From Camelus dromedarius (lineage: Eukaryota): 64,000 nucleotides of DNA. This document shows, piece after piece, positions 1-12,799 of the stretch; position 1 is the first letter of the stretch; every line of letters begins with the position of its first letter. The notes beneath the pieces are model-generated. The model was not told the origin of the DNA, did not search any database, and saw only the letters and a program-made list of their open reading frames with translations. The translations under genes were made by a program, and so were the position numbers. The stretch lies in contig NC_087437.1 in assembly GCF_036321535.1 (NCBI RefSeq), positions 57,600,001-57,664,000 of the forward strand, in the 5' to 3' direction.

Positions 1-1519
1 TGGATGCCAGTGAACTAGCCAAATAAGTAACAGTGCTCAAAGAGTTACATTCACTGCCCCGCGAGATGAATCATGCCTCTTTGGGGAGAGTTTTTTTGGA
101 AACTTCATTTTCCATTTTGGACTCCTGGATCAGTCTCTCCAAAGAGTTTGGAATGTGGCCAATTACTTTCCTCTGCATTTTTCACTTAACACCACTTCAG
201 GGCTATACAACTCCATTCTGCATCCTCACACAATGCATCTTAGTGAGGAGGACTCTGCCTTTGTCTCTTCATTTTGTAAATAATAAAACACCAAAAACAT
301 AGCCTGTTTGTAAACACAGACTTGAGGATGAGAACCAAAAACTACAGTTAAAAGATCTTAAGGAAGGTATCCTCATTACAATAATCTAAGACTCCATACC
401 CCACACCTGTATTTTCTCATTATAATAATGCCAGATTACTACTGGGATAATAAAATTAGCAGATACATTAAAAATTTTCAAGAATAAAAAACACACCCTG
501 ACCATATATATACTAAAAATCAGGCATTAGAAAGGCATACAACTAAACTCTGAGGAAAAATATCCAGAAACCAATTTGCAACTGCCTCAATCACCTGTTA
601 CCTTACATGTCACCCGAGTACACAAAAGTAATATGATGTTAAACCAAGTTTGAGGATAAGTGACACTGACAGATCTAATGGGCCAAATAGACAACTTAAA
701 TTATGAAAGGAAGGCTCAAACTAAACAAGGCTTTTTAAATACTAAACCTTCAGTAATCTATTTTGCTTGATGGAGCACCAGGTAAACTACAGGTAAATCA
801 CTTCAAGAAATCAAATTCAATGAACTTAAATATCCCAGCATTGTGTTATGGAAAGTGTGTTAGAATGAGCTTGGAGCATTAGTTCAAAGTCAGCTTGTGA
901 CAGTAGGTAAACCCCTCAAAGCCCCCACAGCAGCCACTTCCTAATCCGTAAAATAAGCACAATATTATTTGCCTTTACCTGCTTCGCACGGGTAAATATC
1001 AAATGAAATACTGGGTGCAAACACACCTTGTAATCCATAAAATTCAATGTCAATATTATATTCCATTTACAAAAGTACTGCTTTGCTTTTTGCAATCACC
1101 CTCAATTTATCATAGAACAGAAATAACTCTGTTTCTGAATAGAGTTTTAAAGCAAAGGTATAAATCATAAATACATCAAAAAGACTGTTTAAAAAAACAA
1201 TGTGCAAAGGGCAAAGAAATAAAAACAAAATAAAGTCCACAATATAGCTGCTAATGGAAAGAAAGCTTGCCTCCGTGATTTAGACCACAAAGGGAAAAAA
1301 CAAATAGACCACAGTTTGTGTCACTCTCATTAAGATTAAACCCCAAACATTCAATCTGATGTTGTTTCACGAGTGGCTAGGGTCAGGCCACAAAGCTTTC
1401 CCATGTGTCTGAAGAGCACTGGCAGCTGAAGCAACTGTGGTAATAGACATCACCTCTGTTGGAGTTATGGCTGGGTGGGTGATGTGGTGGGAAGGTATGC
1501 AGGAAACTCGTAGACGGAA

Positions 1520-1990
1520 ATTCAAGGATGATTCAGACCCAAGCTTTGCCTTCAAGATGCTGACAATTTAGTTCTGGAGACAAAATTACAAACTGAACCA
1601 GAGGCAGAACAAAGAGCTATGAGAATGGCACAAGTGAAATGCTATGAAGGATAAGGCAAGGTAGTTTTGATTTCTTTACTTTCAATAGGGAAGATTTCAT
1701 GCTGAAAGCATACGGATCAGAAGGAATGAGATATTGACAAGCAAAGATGGCAGAAAAGGGCATTAGAACTGAGCGCATGGAAGGTGAGATACATGAAATG
1801 ACTCCAGAAGAAAATATAAAGAAGGAAAAAGGAAAGGAAAACATGCCACAAAGGGAAATGAAAATGTAGATGAAATTGGAGTTATGTTGGGGTCAAAGTG
1901 CTAAAGGGTTTGAAGGCCAGTCAAAGAAGTTTGAATTTTATAGTATGAGTTACTTTAATTCATTGAAGGTTTTGGAGGCAGCAAGTGGCT
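1520..1990 (-). mobile_element. L2 LINE fragment
   Basis: Degenerate L2-like text such as ctttgccttcaagatgctgacaatttagt and ggccagtcaaagaagtttgaattttatag. Confidence 0.55.
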
Positions 1991-2269
1991 AGTTTACCTT
2001 TAAAGTGATGAAATACAAAACAGTGGAAGGAACATAAGGAAAGCTTTCAGAGTTTGCAGGAGTGGAGATTTGGAGGAAAAGGAGAGAGCAGAGAACAGAG
2101 ATACTGAAGGAAGTTAAGAGGGAGAATGAACCTAAGTAAAAGCACCACTGTATTTCCACTATAATCAAAACAGATAAATAAATTTTTTCAGATGCAAAAT
2201 ATACATACTTTCTAAGATATGTCTTGGATCTTACCAAGTGTTTTGACATCTATAGGGGTTAGAAAGAAA

Positions 2270-2500
2270 ACACTACATTTAATGGGTGTTCCTTATTGAT
2301 CTGAGTGTATTACCTATTAGTTTATCTTTTAAATTTCTCTAACAAACTTACAAAGTAGATATAATGCACCAGATTTTAAAAATAATAAAGAGGAACTCAG
2401 AGATATGTAGTAAATCACTTAAACTCAACCAGCAGCAAGAATGAAATGTCAACCCAGGTATGACTGACTCCAAACACTGTTTACACCAAGCCAGACTGCT
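2270..2500 (-). mobile_element. MIR SINE
   Basis: Reverse MIR core-like text, gaggaactcagagat...gtaaatcactt...aacccaggtatgactgactccaaa. Confidence 0.6.
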
Positions 2501-3629
2501 GGACCAAAGCATGAGAAGTCTTTGGGGTGGTAAGTCCCTACAGACATGAGATGTTCCGTCAGAGACTGAATGGCATCAGAGACAATACCCAAATGTCATT
2601 TTAGACTAAATTATATTGAAAGTTTTCAACTCATTTAAAACTCTGTGCATCTCAGTATTTTTTTTAGAGCATTTCTATTTTTCCTTTCCTTTTTTTTTTT
2701 TTAAAGAGATGGCCTGAATTAAACTATACAAGGCTAACTAGATATAGGATATTTAAAATAGCAAACCTTTTGAGAATAAAACCTCATCCAATTCACTGAG
2801 TGAAAGTAATATTGATTGACCTAGCCATTGGCCTTGAAAACAGACATAATGAATGCTATAATGAACACAAAAGAGTGATGGTAAAGTAATTGTGACAACG
2901 CCATGAGATAAAAGCTAGATTAATAGCCACGCTTCACAAAATAGGCTTCTATCATGACTTGAGATGTGCTTATTATGTCTAACGATGTAGAAGGTGAAAC
3001 AAGCTAAACAGAACAGAAGATATGTGTTGCCTCTCAACTGTATGCTATTCTGGTTTCTTAAAGATGATCTTCAAGTGATTCTATCCTAATATGCATAAAT
3101 TAAAAATAAATATTTAATTACAAAAGTCTATCTTTATATATATTAATCTAAGTATGCCCACGGGTTTCAAACTTCAGTTAAAGCCTGTTTAAAATATTCA
3201 TAGTTAAAACTGCACTGTACTTTGAAATTTCCAAATATGTATTAGGAAATAGTATGTTCGGCGGCAAGGCACTAAAATGCGCATTACCAAATAGATACAT
3301 ATATTTCTATACCTTTTTCCTTTAAATAGTCCCAAGATGCAACTCTGGGTACAAAATATTCAAGAATTCTTCACAAAACATTTTTAATTTGAGTCAAGGA
3401 GAGAAAGAAAAATATATTCTGTGATTTACACACATACCTGTCCAAATGTACCACCTCATTAATAGATATGTATAAATTTTTAAAGCACTGACAGTGATAA
3501 TTTAAAAGTCCAAGCTCAGTAAGTAAATTCAAATGCCACCAGTTCCAACAAATATTAATCTTATAATAAATTAATTTATTATAAAAACTCTTCTCTCATA
3601 GCAAGTATTCTGTGGTCAAAAATCAATGG

Positions 3630-3825
3630 TGTTTACAGTTGTAGGACAGAGCACGTCACACTGAAAACATAAATTCCACTCTGCTTTCACACCTTCCACT
3701 TTTTGCTCCAACACCAGGGTGTTAAAGTTTTGTCACACCCCTCCAATTGTGAGGAAGTTCACACCTTTGTGTTACTTTAAACAAACAAAAATTACAATTC
3801 AATTAACGCGCATTGAATCAATTAA
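3630..3825. promoter_or_regulatory. Candidate intronic enhancer with T-box, FOX and homeodomain motif cluster
   Basis: TCACACCT twice, TCACACCC, GGGTGTTA, TGTTTAC and TCAATTAA twice in non-repeat DNA. Function is inferred only. Confidence 0.45.
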
Positions 3826-4472
3826 GGAAAAAATGATCTTATTTACTTTTTAATCTCTATTAAGTTCAGGATTAGATTGATATTTTAAAGAGAATTAGCT
3901 TTTTAATAAGAGCACTATTGAGATATAATTCATATACCATACAGTTCACCCGTTCAAAGTGTACATTTCGGTAGTTTTTAGTATATTCACATAGTTACAA
4001 TGTTGTACAACCACCACAATCAATTACAGAACATTTTCATAACCCCAGAAAGCAAACTCACATCCTTCAGCAGTGACTTATTCCCATTCAGCACAACACA
4101 ATCTTTAATAAGCTCCTTGTCTCTACAGAGTTGTCTAGTCTGGGCATTTCATTTAAATGGAGTTATATAATACGTTGTCTTCTGTGACTGGTTTCTTTCC
4201 TTTACCATACTGCTTTCACGGCTCATCCATGCTGTAGCATGTATCAGCACTCTTTTCACTGCTAAATAATATTCTATTAAATAAATATACCACACTTTAT
4301 CCATTATCAGTTGATGGACATTTGGTTTGTTTCTACTTGGCTATTATGAATAATGCTGCTATCAATATTAATGCACAAAAAGTTCTTGTGTGCCCATATG
4401 TTTTTATTTTTCTTTGGTATATACCTAGCAGTGAAATTGCTGGGTCATACGGTAACCCAATCTTTAACCTTT

Positions 4473-4546
4473 ATTTTAAATTATTTTTTACTGAAGTGTA
4501 GTTGATTTACAATGTTAGTTTCATGTGAACAGCATAGCGATTCAGT

Positions 4547-4609
<63 letters not shown>

Positions 4610-4618
4610 TTCAGATTC
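4473..4618 (-). mobile_element. Young 5'-truncated L1 3' tail nested in the older L1
   Basis: ctgaagtgtagttgatttacaatgttagtttc...gattcagttata, flanked by the direct repeat TTAACCTTT at 4464-4472 and 4619-4627. Confidence 0.85.
4547..4609. repeat. (TATACA)n microsatellite, about 10 units
   Basis: Read directly from the sequence. Confidence 0.95.
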
Positions 4619-5829
4619 TTAACCTTTTGAGGAACTGCCAGACTATCTTCCAAAGTGGCTGTAGCATTTCACATTCCCACTAGCAACACATAAGGGTTCC
4701 AATGTCTCCATATCATCACCTACACTTGCTATTATTTGTTTTTTCTAATAGACCCATTCTGATGGGTGTGAAGTGCTGAGTCCTCGTGGGTTTTGATCTG
4801 CATTTCCTTGATGGCTAATGGTGTTGAACATCTTTTCATGTAGCTATTAACTATTTGTCTATCTTCTTTGGAAATATGTCTATTCAAACCTTGCACACTT
4901 CTAACCTATCCTTTTATTTTCAGTTGTAAGAGTTATTTATATATCCTAGATACACATTCCTTATCAGATAAATAACTTGCTAACTTTTCTCCCCTCCTCT
5001 GGGCTGTCCTTTTCAATTTCTTGATTGTGTCCTTGCAAGCACAAATGTTTTAATTTTGATGAAATTTTTTCTTTTGTTGCTTTGGTGACATCTATGAAAG
5101 TTCTGTTTAATTTAAGGTCATAAAGATTTAGCCTATGCTTTCTTCTAAGAGTTTCACAGTTTTAACTCTTACACTTAAGTCTATGATCCATTTTAAGTTA
5201 CTTTTTTATATGTGGTGTGGAGCTTTTAAACTATATGTATATTTTAGCAATATGCTACTAAGCAGATTTCAAGGTTTTAAGATAATGCCAATGAAGTCTT
5301 TTCATTGAAGTAACTGAGAAAATTCCTGGAAATTCTTTGGGAATATTAATAATAAAGAAAGCATTCATTAAATAGCATATGAAATTTTTTTAAAAACATA
5401 CAACTTATTCCTGGATTTAATGTAAAAAGAGACAAAATACAAGGGTAATATAAATCACAGAAAGAAATTCATGATGAGATTTAGTATAAATTTAAAAATT
5501 AAAAATAATGTGCCAAGAGAGAAAATACATTACGTTTAACCCTGCTTCCTTCTTTTATAACCCTGAATAATTTCATTCTTTTATTATGGTGTGAAAGCAT
5601 AGTATTTGTCCTTTCCTTCTCCCATGACTGGATCACCCAAAACAGTACTCAGCACATGGTAAGTAAAAATATTTGAAACTGAATAGTTGAACACGTGAAA
5701 ATGAATAGGTATTCGAATTAGCGCTTCAGGTCCAAGAATTATGATAGAAGGGATGAGAAATAATAAGGTTTACAAACATTTTAGTCTTATGAATGTTTTG
5801 CACTTATTTTTCCCTCTGATGACATCACT

Positions 5830-6130
5830 ATTCCTCAGGGCTGGTGCATAATTCTCCTTTTTTGTCATCCTTTAGGTTTTAGCTTGACTATCACATCCTT
5901 AAAGAAGTTTTCATGGCAGTCCTCTCAAAATCAGTTTCCTCTATTATTCCCTATTACTGAAATCGATTTCTCTTTTATAAAGTCAATCCTAAGTAGTAAA
6001 TTTCCATAATTATTTGATTACATGTTGTCTTGCTCTCCCACTGCTGTGGAAGGGCTTTTCATTTTATTTCCAGTGCCTAAGACAATGTGTGCCAGATTAT
6101 CAACTCTAAGTAAATAGGTAATAAATTATT
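5830..6130 (+). mobile_element. L2 3' fragment
   Basis: tatcacatccttaaagaagtttt, tccagtgcctaagacaatgtgtgccaga and a taaattattggt tail. Confidence 0.55.
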
Positions 6131-6711
6131 GGTTACATGGGAGCATGGGAAAGTTGCTGATCCCTGGAGTTTCAGAAATAGGCATATTGAAACCAGAGAC
6201 AAATACACCCTGACGAAGTCAATATGCTATGTCCCTCTGCATGGTGGCTTTCAGTTCCTCACGACTTCTCACAGCTCCCTACAGAGAGAACTTTTACCCA
6301 TCCAGTGAAACAGGAGAATGGACGGTGAAGCAGTGATGCTTCTTCATCTGTGCTCTAACTATAGAGAGAAACTTCAGAGGAAATATCCAGCGACCCATCA
6401 TGAAAACTCAACAAGCAGAAATCTTCTGTCTCCAAATCCCAAGTGAGTTCTAATCTATTTGGACCTGAATAAAATCACAGGTTAAGACCTCTTCCTCTCA
6501 GTATCTAGAAGTTCCTTATTTAGCTTCCTAGTAGAGGTTCATAAATGGTTCAACGAATATTTATAGTGATTCAAAAGATCTTATGTAGCCTAATGAAGAA
6601 ACTACACATGCTTATCTATTTTTCAATCTGTTCACTTTCTCTCTGTCTCTCTGACTCTCTCTTGTCCTAAAGTCTTACATTGTCTACATTTATACTTCCA
6701 GTCTGGAGAGA

Positions 6712-7190
6712 CGTGGCAGTTTTCAGGTGCCTACCCAATATCCGTATTTCTCAGCATATTAACAGAACCCTGTGTTTAATGGATATGGAAATGTATGTAG
6801 CTCAAAATTTTTCAATAAATTGAGACACTTCCCTATACATTTTCTACCCAGGGGTGACCACGTGACACAGCTCTATGGTCATCACTGGACATCGCTATGG
6901 ACATTGTTGGCACTTCTAGGAAAGCACGTTTCCCTGATAAAGGCACAATTACTTTCTCTGTGCCCCTTTTTACTGCCCATAAAGTATACATGTCAGCTGA
7001 GGATGTAGAAGCCATCCTGCACCAGGAGGGAAAGAGAGCTTGGCCCTTTAGCCAAGGGTTGTTTAGCCAATCAATGAACTAACACCAGTAACTGTCTAGC
7101 TCCACACTTCTGGTTATGTGAGAAAACTTAAATCTTCGATCCCTTTAAACCATTGTTACAGTGTCTTTTTTGCTCACAGCCAATCTGCCA
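6712..7190 (+). mobile_element. MaLR solo LTR (MLT1I/J/L-like)
   Basis: MLT1 hallmarks taacagaaccctg, ccacgtgacacag, agccatcctgcacc, ttatgtgagaaaa and tttaaaccattgtt. Confidence 0.75.
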
Positions 7191-7308
7191 TTAAGAGTTG
7201 GTCTTGGGAAGTAAAATCAGAAGAGGGAATTTTCAAATTATTTAGTGAGATATGGTACATATATTGACACCTCAGATCACCCACTGAGTCACGTGGGATC
7301 ATGAGTAA

Positions 7309-7443
7309 CGTGACTGTGTAATTACTGCCTAAATCCTAATCCAAGACTCTTATGAGGGTCAAAAAGGTATTCTCAATAATTACACTAAGACATCAGGCAT
7401 ACACCAGAACACTCATGGATGAACATGACATATAGGCACCCCA
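7309..7443. mobile_element. Short hAT-Blackjack MITE (MER81/MER94-like)
   Basis: aataattacactaagacatcaggcatacaccagaac...gacatataggcaccc resembles this family, with degenerate gtgac...cacc termini. Confidence 0.5.
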
Positions 7444-8339
7444 TGAGAGACTGATGTTTTCAGTGGCTTCAAAATAAATTTCTTTCCACTTGGAGATGGC
7501 TGAAATATGCCACTTTTGAATATACATTTCTATGTAGCTAAACCATTTCCCCAATTTAACTACTGGATTTTAAAATTTTGAAGTGCAGAAACAAATATTA
7601 GGTGCGCCTTGAATACAGTAGGCTGTCGGCTTGAAATCTCCTCAAAATGCAGTACCCTGTGATTTGCCCTTGTCTGCCAGTTGTTCTAGTTTGGCCACCT
7701 ATCACAATGTTTTGATGTTTTGTTTTTTTAGGTTCTTTTTCTCCATGCTATTTGTTCAGAAAGTCAACTTATCCGCAGACTTGTGACAAGAATGACTTGT
7801 TCTGTTCCTCTGCTTCACACGTCTCTATTCCATTCCAATCTCAATTGAAAACCTACAGGTCTTCCCTTTGCATTTAGCACTCAGTTCCTTCTCTTTTCCC
7901 TCCCTGAAGTCTATGAAAGCCATGGCTTATGGACTTACTTTATGTAATATATTTCCCTCTAAGTGAGTTATGCAAGGAGACATTCTGAAGAAGTCCCCAA
8001 CAGTTGAAAAGCTGGCTCATGCTGGAGAGTGAAGCATAGGGGGAGAAAAGGTGATTTCTATCTTGTGACGATTTTGGGATTATAAGCCCAAGAAACATTT
8101 GCATATGAAAATTACTAATTCTTACATTAGTTTTGGAGGGGAACCAGCAAAGGAAGGCAAAACTAACAAGAACAGAGAATCTCTTTTGGGAATCAGAGTG
8201 GCCTAGAAAGCAATAGTAAAGTCGTAACTCTTCAGAAGGGGGCCACTGGGCAATCCTTCAGCAGAAATGACATGGAGAACATGGAACTTTAGCTTTCTTG
8301 GAAAGTCTGAACACTCTGCAAATTGATTCACTTCTTTAT

Positions 8340-8800
8340 CAATTGATCAGGTTAAAAAAATATAGCCCAAACTGGTTCATACAGAAGGTCAATTATTGGC
8401 TCATGAAACTGAAAACTTCACAGGTAGGGCTGGCTTCAGGGAGGTCTTCATGTACAACTTCAAAGGATGTGAACAAGACCTGGTTTCTCCATCTTTCCAC
8501 CTGGGGACCTTCTGTCCCCTGAATGTTGTAATCATTCTAAGACATGCTTTCTCCTTGTGTTTTTAAGATGGCTATAGTCCTTTATCCTCTCAGTTCTAAA
8601 TTCAGTTTTGGTTTTTGCTTTCATTTTTAAAGGCAACTCTCCTTCAGTAGATAAAGTCAAGTCTTGGGCCTGAAGCTAACTGGCTCTAATTAAATGACAA
8701 ATACTCTGCAACCAATCTCCCATGGCCAGGGTAACTAAAGATATTGGATTAGGCAAACCAGGAATCACCACTGAAAATGAGGGTAAAGTTACCCGCCATG
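8340..8800 (-). mobile_element. MaLR LTR (MLT1K/L-like)
   Basis: ttattggctcatgaaactgaaaac, ggctggcttcagg, aagatggct and ccaatctcccatggccaggg. Confidence 0.7.
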
Positions 8801-8879
8801 AACTCCATGAACTAATGGTAAGGGACTGATTTAGGATACAATGAGCATTGTCTTCACTGTATCCTCTTCTTCTTCTACT

Positions 8880-9145
8880 ACTACTACTACTGTTTATGGC
8901 TGATACTGAGCTTTGACTGTGTAGTAGGCACAGTGGTAGGATTTTACATGTATTGTCTCTTAATCCTTGCTATAATCCTATAATGCTGACATTTTCATTG
9001 TTATCTTCATTTTACATACAAGTAAACTGAGTCTAGAAGGTTAAGAAATTTCCCCAATGACACAAAGGAAGTAAGTTACAGAGATATGATTCAAACTCAG
9101 TTTTATTTTTAAAGCTTTCATTCTTAAATACTGCTTAATACTGTC
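8880..9145 (-). mobile_element. MIR SINE
   Basis: Reverse MIR core, tcttcattttacatacaagtaaactgagtctagaaggttaagaaatttccccaatgacaca. Confidence 0.85.
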
Positions 9146-11241
9146 TGATTCACTAATGACTAACGGGACACAATCTAGAAATTAGGAATTCTAGATATAT
9201 GACTATATGTTGGCCTAATGTGCCTAACAGCAGGGTAGAAAAAAATATATATACAATGTAGTATTTTCAAATGATTCAACCCAAGGTCCTCATTAGTGCT
9301 GCTCTTAGAAGCTTAATCCTATTTTTATTTTTCAATGAAAAATGCTATTGGAAACACATATGCTAATTTGTACAATTAAGGCTAGCCCAGGAGCAAAAGT
9401 ATTAACATTTTTCAGAAGTTATAAACTCTTGGAATAAAACCAACACCACTTACTACTAGAAACATCATAAGGTTAAAATGGATGCTTATCATCATTCAGT
9501 CCTTACTGAAAGTATAATTAATGACCTGTTGATTCTTTCTAATGAAAGGGAACCTAATTCCAACAACCGCAACAAAAATTCATGTCACGTGTTTACAAGC
9601 AACACACCCAGATTCTTGGGCTGGCAGGATTCCATATATTTAGTTGATTAAAAACAATCCAGTTCAGTTAACAAATGTATATATACAAGGATTAAAAAAA
9701 AAAAAGTAGGCAAAATAAGTAATTCTTTTCTAGGTTCAAGAGCCAAAAATCAACCTAAGATGAAAAAGAAATGTTATAAAATTCAAGAAAACCACAAGTA
9801 TACGGAAGAAAAAACAGCAGACAAATAATCCAAACTGAATTCTTAATAATCTAATAGCTGCACAAGCCTCTGTGATTTGGCTTTTGGCTTGTCTCTATTC
9901 AGGCACCATTAACTTCAAAACTCTATGATTCATTTGGCATTAATAGCTAAGGTGTTTCTCTCTCTCTCCTTCAATCTTAAGGGCTTTTCAGAGATAGCAT
10001 TACCCAAGAAGTAGTTCTGCATATGCCTCAGATTTCAGAACATTCCATGAGGAAGTCAGTTAACGAAAACACTCAAATTCCAGAGTGGGTAACTATTTTG
10101 TAGCTCTATTCTAGATATGTGTATATTTAAAAGCTATTATTTCTTTTCGCTATGGAATGGAAATCTTTCACTGAGAGATGAATTGTAATGACCAACGAAG
10201 ATGACATTTTCATTGTTATCTTCATTTTACATGTAAGTAAACTGAGTCTAGAAGGTTAATCCCAATCTGAATTGTAATCCCAGGAAGATGTCCTAGCCAA
10301 TTTTTTGCTCCCTTCTTTGGTAAGCAGTTTTCAGTATAGGAAGAAAAAATATGACAATATCAGCTCTTAAAATTACAATACAACATTAGCCTCAACACAG
10401 AGAAGCATAAACAATAGATTCCTCTAGCAAACTGCCCATGTTTCAATAGAACTGTTATAGCTTATTCAAAGTTGAACCAGTTAACCGAACTAGAAAGTAT
10501 ACAGAGTCACAATCAGGAAAATTATTACAAAATCCAGTAAGACCAGAGGGCCAATGAATTATTGTCAAAATTAAACTGCATGAAATGCATCCATCAACTG
10601 ATTCAACAAGATTTTAACAGGTATCTTTACACGGGAATTGCAGATTTCAGTGTTATGGCATATATTAATCTATATTAGATGTGAGTACTACCTTCAGAGA
10701 ACTTGCATCTAATCCAATAGGTAGGGCATGGGAAACAAATAATTCCAGCAAAAGGAAGAAAGGAAATATACAGATAAATGTCTTATTAAAGTGCAAAATG
10801 TATAAGTTATTTTCACGTACAGAAAATGAGAAAATCTGTACTGCATCCTCAGTGGTGGGAAATTTGGACATCTATGACAGTGGGGCAGAAAAGAAGTTAG
10901 AGAAGTAACATCGAAATTATCTTCTCCCATCATCATTTTGTGGGCATAAAACAGTCTTCTTCTTATAACTTTCAGTATTGGCCTTCTCTTTTCTTCTTCC
11001 TCAGAGACCCCTTCTATGTTTCTCAGTAACTCTTGACTCAGTTTTTCAATAAAAAAATAGTTGGTATCTTATTGCAGTCTGGACATTGTCTACTCTCACT
11101 GAAGCACCAGATTTAGGCATGGAATTCTAAAGGCATGCCAAGGAATTATGCTTTTGACATTAATGTTGTAACAGTATGGAGTGACACATCCTTAACTGCA
11201 CGAGCAAATAGGATAAGCAATGCTAACTTTAAAAATGAACA

Positions 11242-11459
11242 TTAAAAGAGATAAACAACACATATAGACATATAGAACATGTGTAGAGCACAGAGAACTA
11301 TATTCAATATCTTGTAATAACTTAGAATGGAAAAGAACCTGAAAAAAGAATATCTATCTATCTATCTATCTCTATATCTGTATAACTGAATCACTTTGCT
11401 GTGTACCTGAAACTTGCACAACATTGTAAATCAACTATACGTCAATTAAAAAAATTATT
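11242..11459 (+). mobile_element. 5'-truncated L1 3' tail (artiodactyl-type)
   Basis: gcacagagaactatattcaatatcttgtaataac...aactgaatcactttgctgtgtacctgaaac...tcaattaaaaaaa. Candidate TSD AAATGAACA at 11233-11241 and 11460-11468. Confidence 0.85.
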
Positions 11460-11489
11460 AAATGAACACTCAATTAGAATTTCCTTTTC

Positions 11490-11640
11490 TTGACCTACCT
11501 CACATATACAGATATATGCTTATATCACACACAAAATTTAACTCAAAAGGAATTAAAAACTGAAATGTAAGACTTAAAAATATAAAAGAAGAAAACATAG
11601 GCAAAAAGTTTTATGCCGTTGGCTTTGGCAATATAGGATG
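11490..11640 (+). mobile_element. L1 ORF2 fragment
   Basis: aaatttaactcaaaaggaattaaaaactgaaatgtaagac...gaagaaaacatagg resembles the L1 ORF2 C-terminal region. Confidence 0.7.
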
Positions 11641-11910
11641 GAAATGACATAATCAGGATCAAATCAAGCTAATCTTCCCTAGGGAAAGGAAGCACAAAAC
11701 ACTGAGCAGGCTGCAGCTGCAGGCCTGCTGGGCTTCACGACCTGAAGGAGGTGATATGACCTCGAGTTCCACTGTGGCCAGGTCAATGGGAATAAAAGTC
11801 CTTGGGGTAGAATAAAGGACCAGAGTCAGGCTATCTGCTCATACCAGGGGCTGGAATAGTTTTCCTGCTACAACTCTGAAAAGGCTGAAATAAAAAATGC
11901 TACTACTTTT

Positions 11911-12782
11911 CATCATTACTTATCATTAAAGCAATGCAATTCAACACTACAGTGATACCTCACACATGTCTGAATGGCTATCATCAAAAAAAAAAAAAAA
12001 AAAAAAAAAAAACAAGTGTAGTGAAGTTATGGAGAAAAGGGAACTCTCATGCACTGTTGGTGGGAGTGTAAATTGCTGCAGCTACTGTGGAAAACAGTAT
12101 GAAAGTTACACACACACACACACACACACACAAGACAGAACTCCTATATGATCCAGCAATTTCACTTCTGGGTATTTACTTACAGGAAATAAAAACATTA
12201 ATTCAAAAAGATATACACCCCAATGTTCACTGCAACATTATTTACAATAGCCAAGATATGGAAACAGCTTACTAAGTGTCCATCAACAGATGACTGGATG
12301 AAAACAATGTGGTATAAATACATACAATGGAACATTTAAGACACTGAATTTTTCCATTTGGAACTACATGGATGGGTCTAGAAAGTATTATGCTAAGTGA
12401 AAGAAATCAGACAGAGAAAGACAAATATCATACAATCTCACTTATATATGGAATCTAAAAAACAAAACAATCAAAACAAAGCAAAGACAGACTCATAGAC
12501 ACAGAGAACAAACCAGGGATTGTCAGATGGGAGCGGGTATAGGGTTGGGTAAAATAAGTGAAGGGGATTAAGGGGTACAAACTTCCAATTATAAAATAAA
12601 TAAGACACAAGGATGGAACAACCACCATAAGGAGTATGGTTAATAATACTGTAATCACTGTGTATGGAGACAGATGATAACTAGACTTAACATGGTGATC
12701 ATTTCTAATGTATGTGAATTTTGAATTACTGTGTAGTTCACCTGAAACCAATATAATACTGTACATCAACTATGTTTTTTTT
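11911..12782 (+). mobile_element. L1 3' end (ORF2 tail plus 3' UTR, L1MA-like)
   Basis: The ORF-track peptide [14 protein letters not shown] is L1 ORF2p C-terminal, followed by typical 3' UTR. Candidate TSD aaatgctRctactWtt at 11895-11910 and 12783-12798 (14/16 match). Confidence 0.9.
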
Positions 12783-12799
12783 AAATGCTGCTACTATTT

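Larger units (their letters stand above)
3900..5222 (-). mobile_element. Old L1 (L1MA/MB-like) 3' region, interrupted by a younger L1 tail
   Basis: Typical antisense L1 3' UTR/ORF2-end text: ttgagatataattcatataccat, gatggacatttgg, gaggaactgccagact, gatctgcatttccttgatggctaatg. Confidence 0.9.

Noticed and set aside
6182..6227. GCATATTGA...TCAATATGC inverted repeat as a pre-miRNA
   Set aside because: The stem is only about 9-13 bp with a 28-nt loop, too short for a Drosha substrate.
6120..6450. Possible antisense lncRNA exon ending at CAA|GTGAGT
   Set aside because: A donor-like word alone is common by chance, and there is no matching acceptor or expression evidence.
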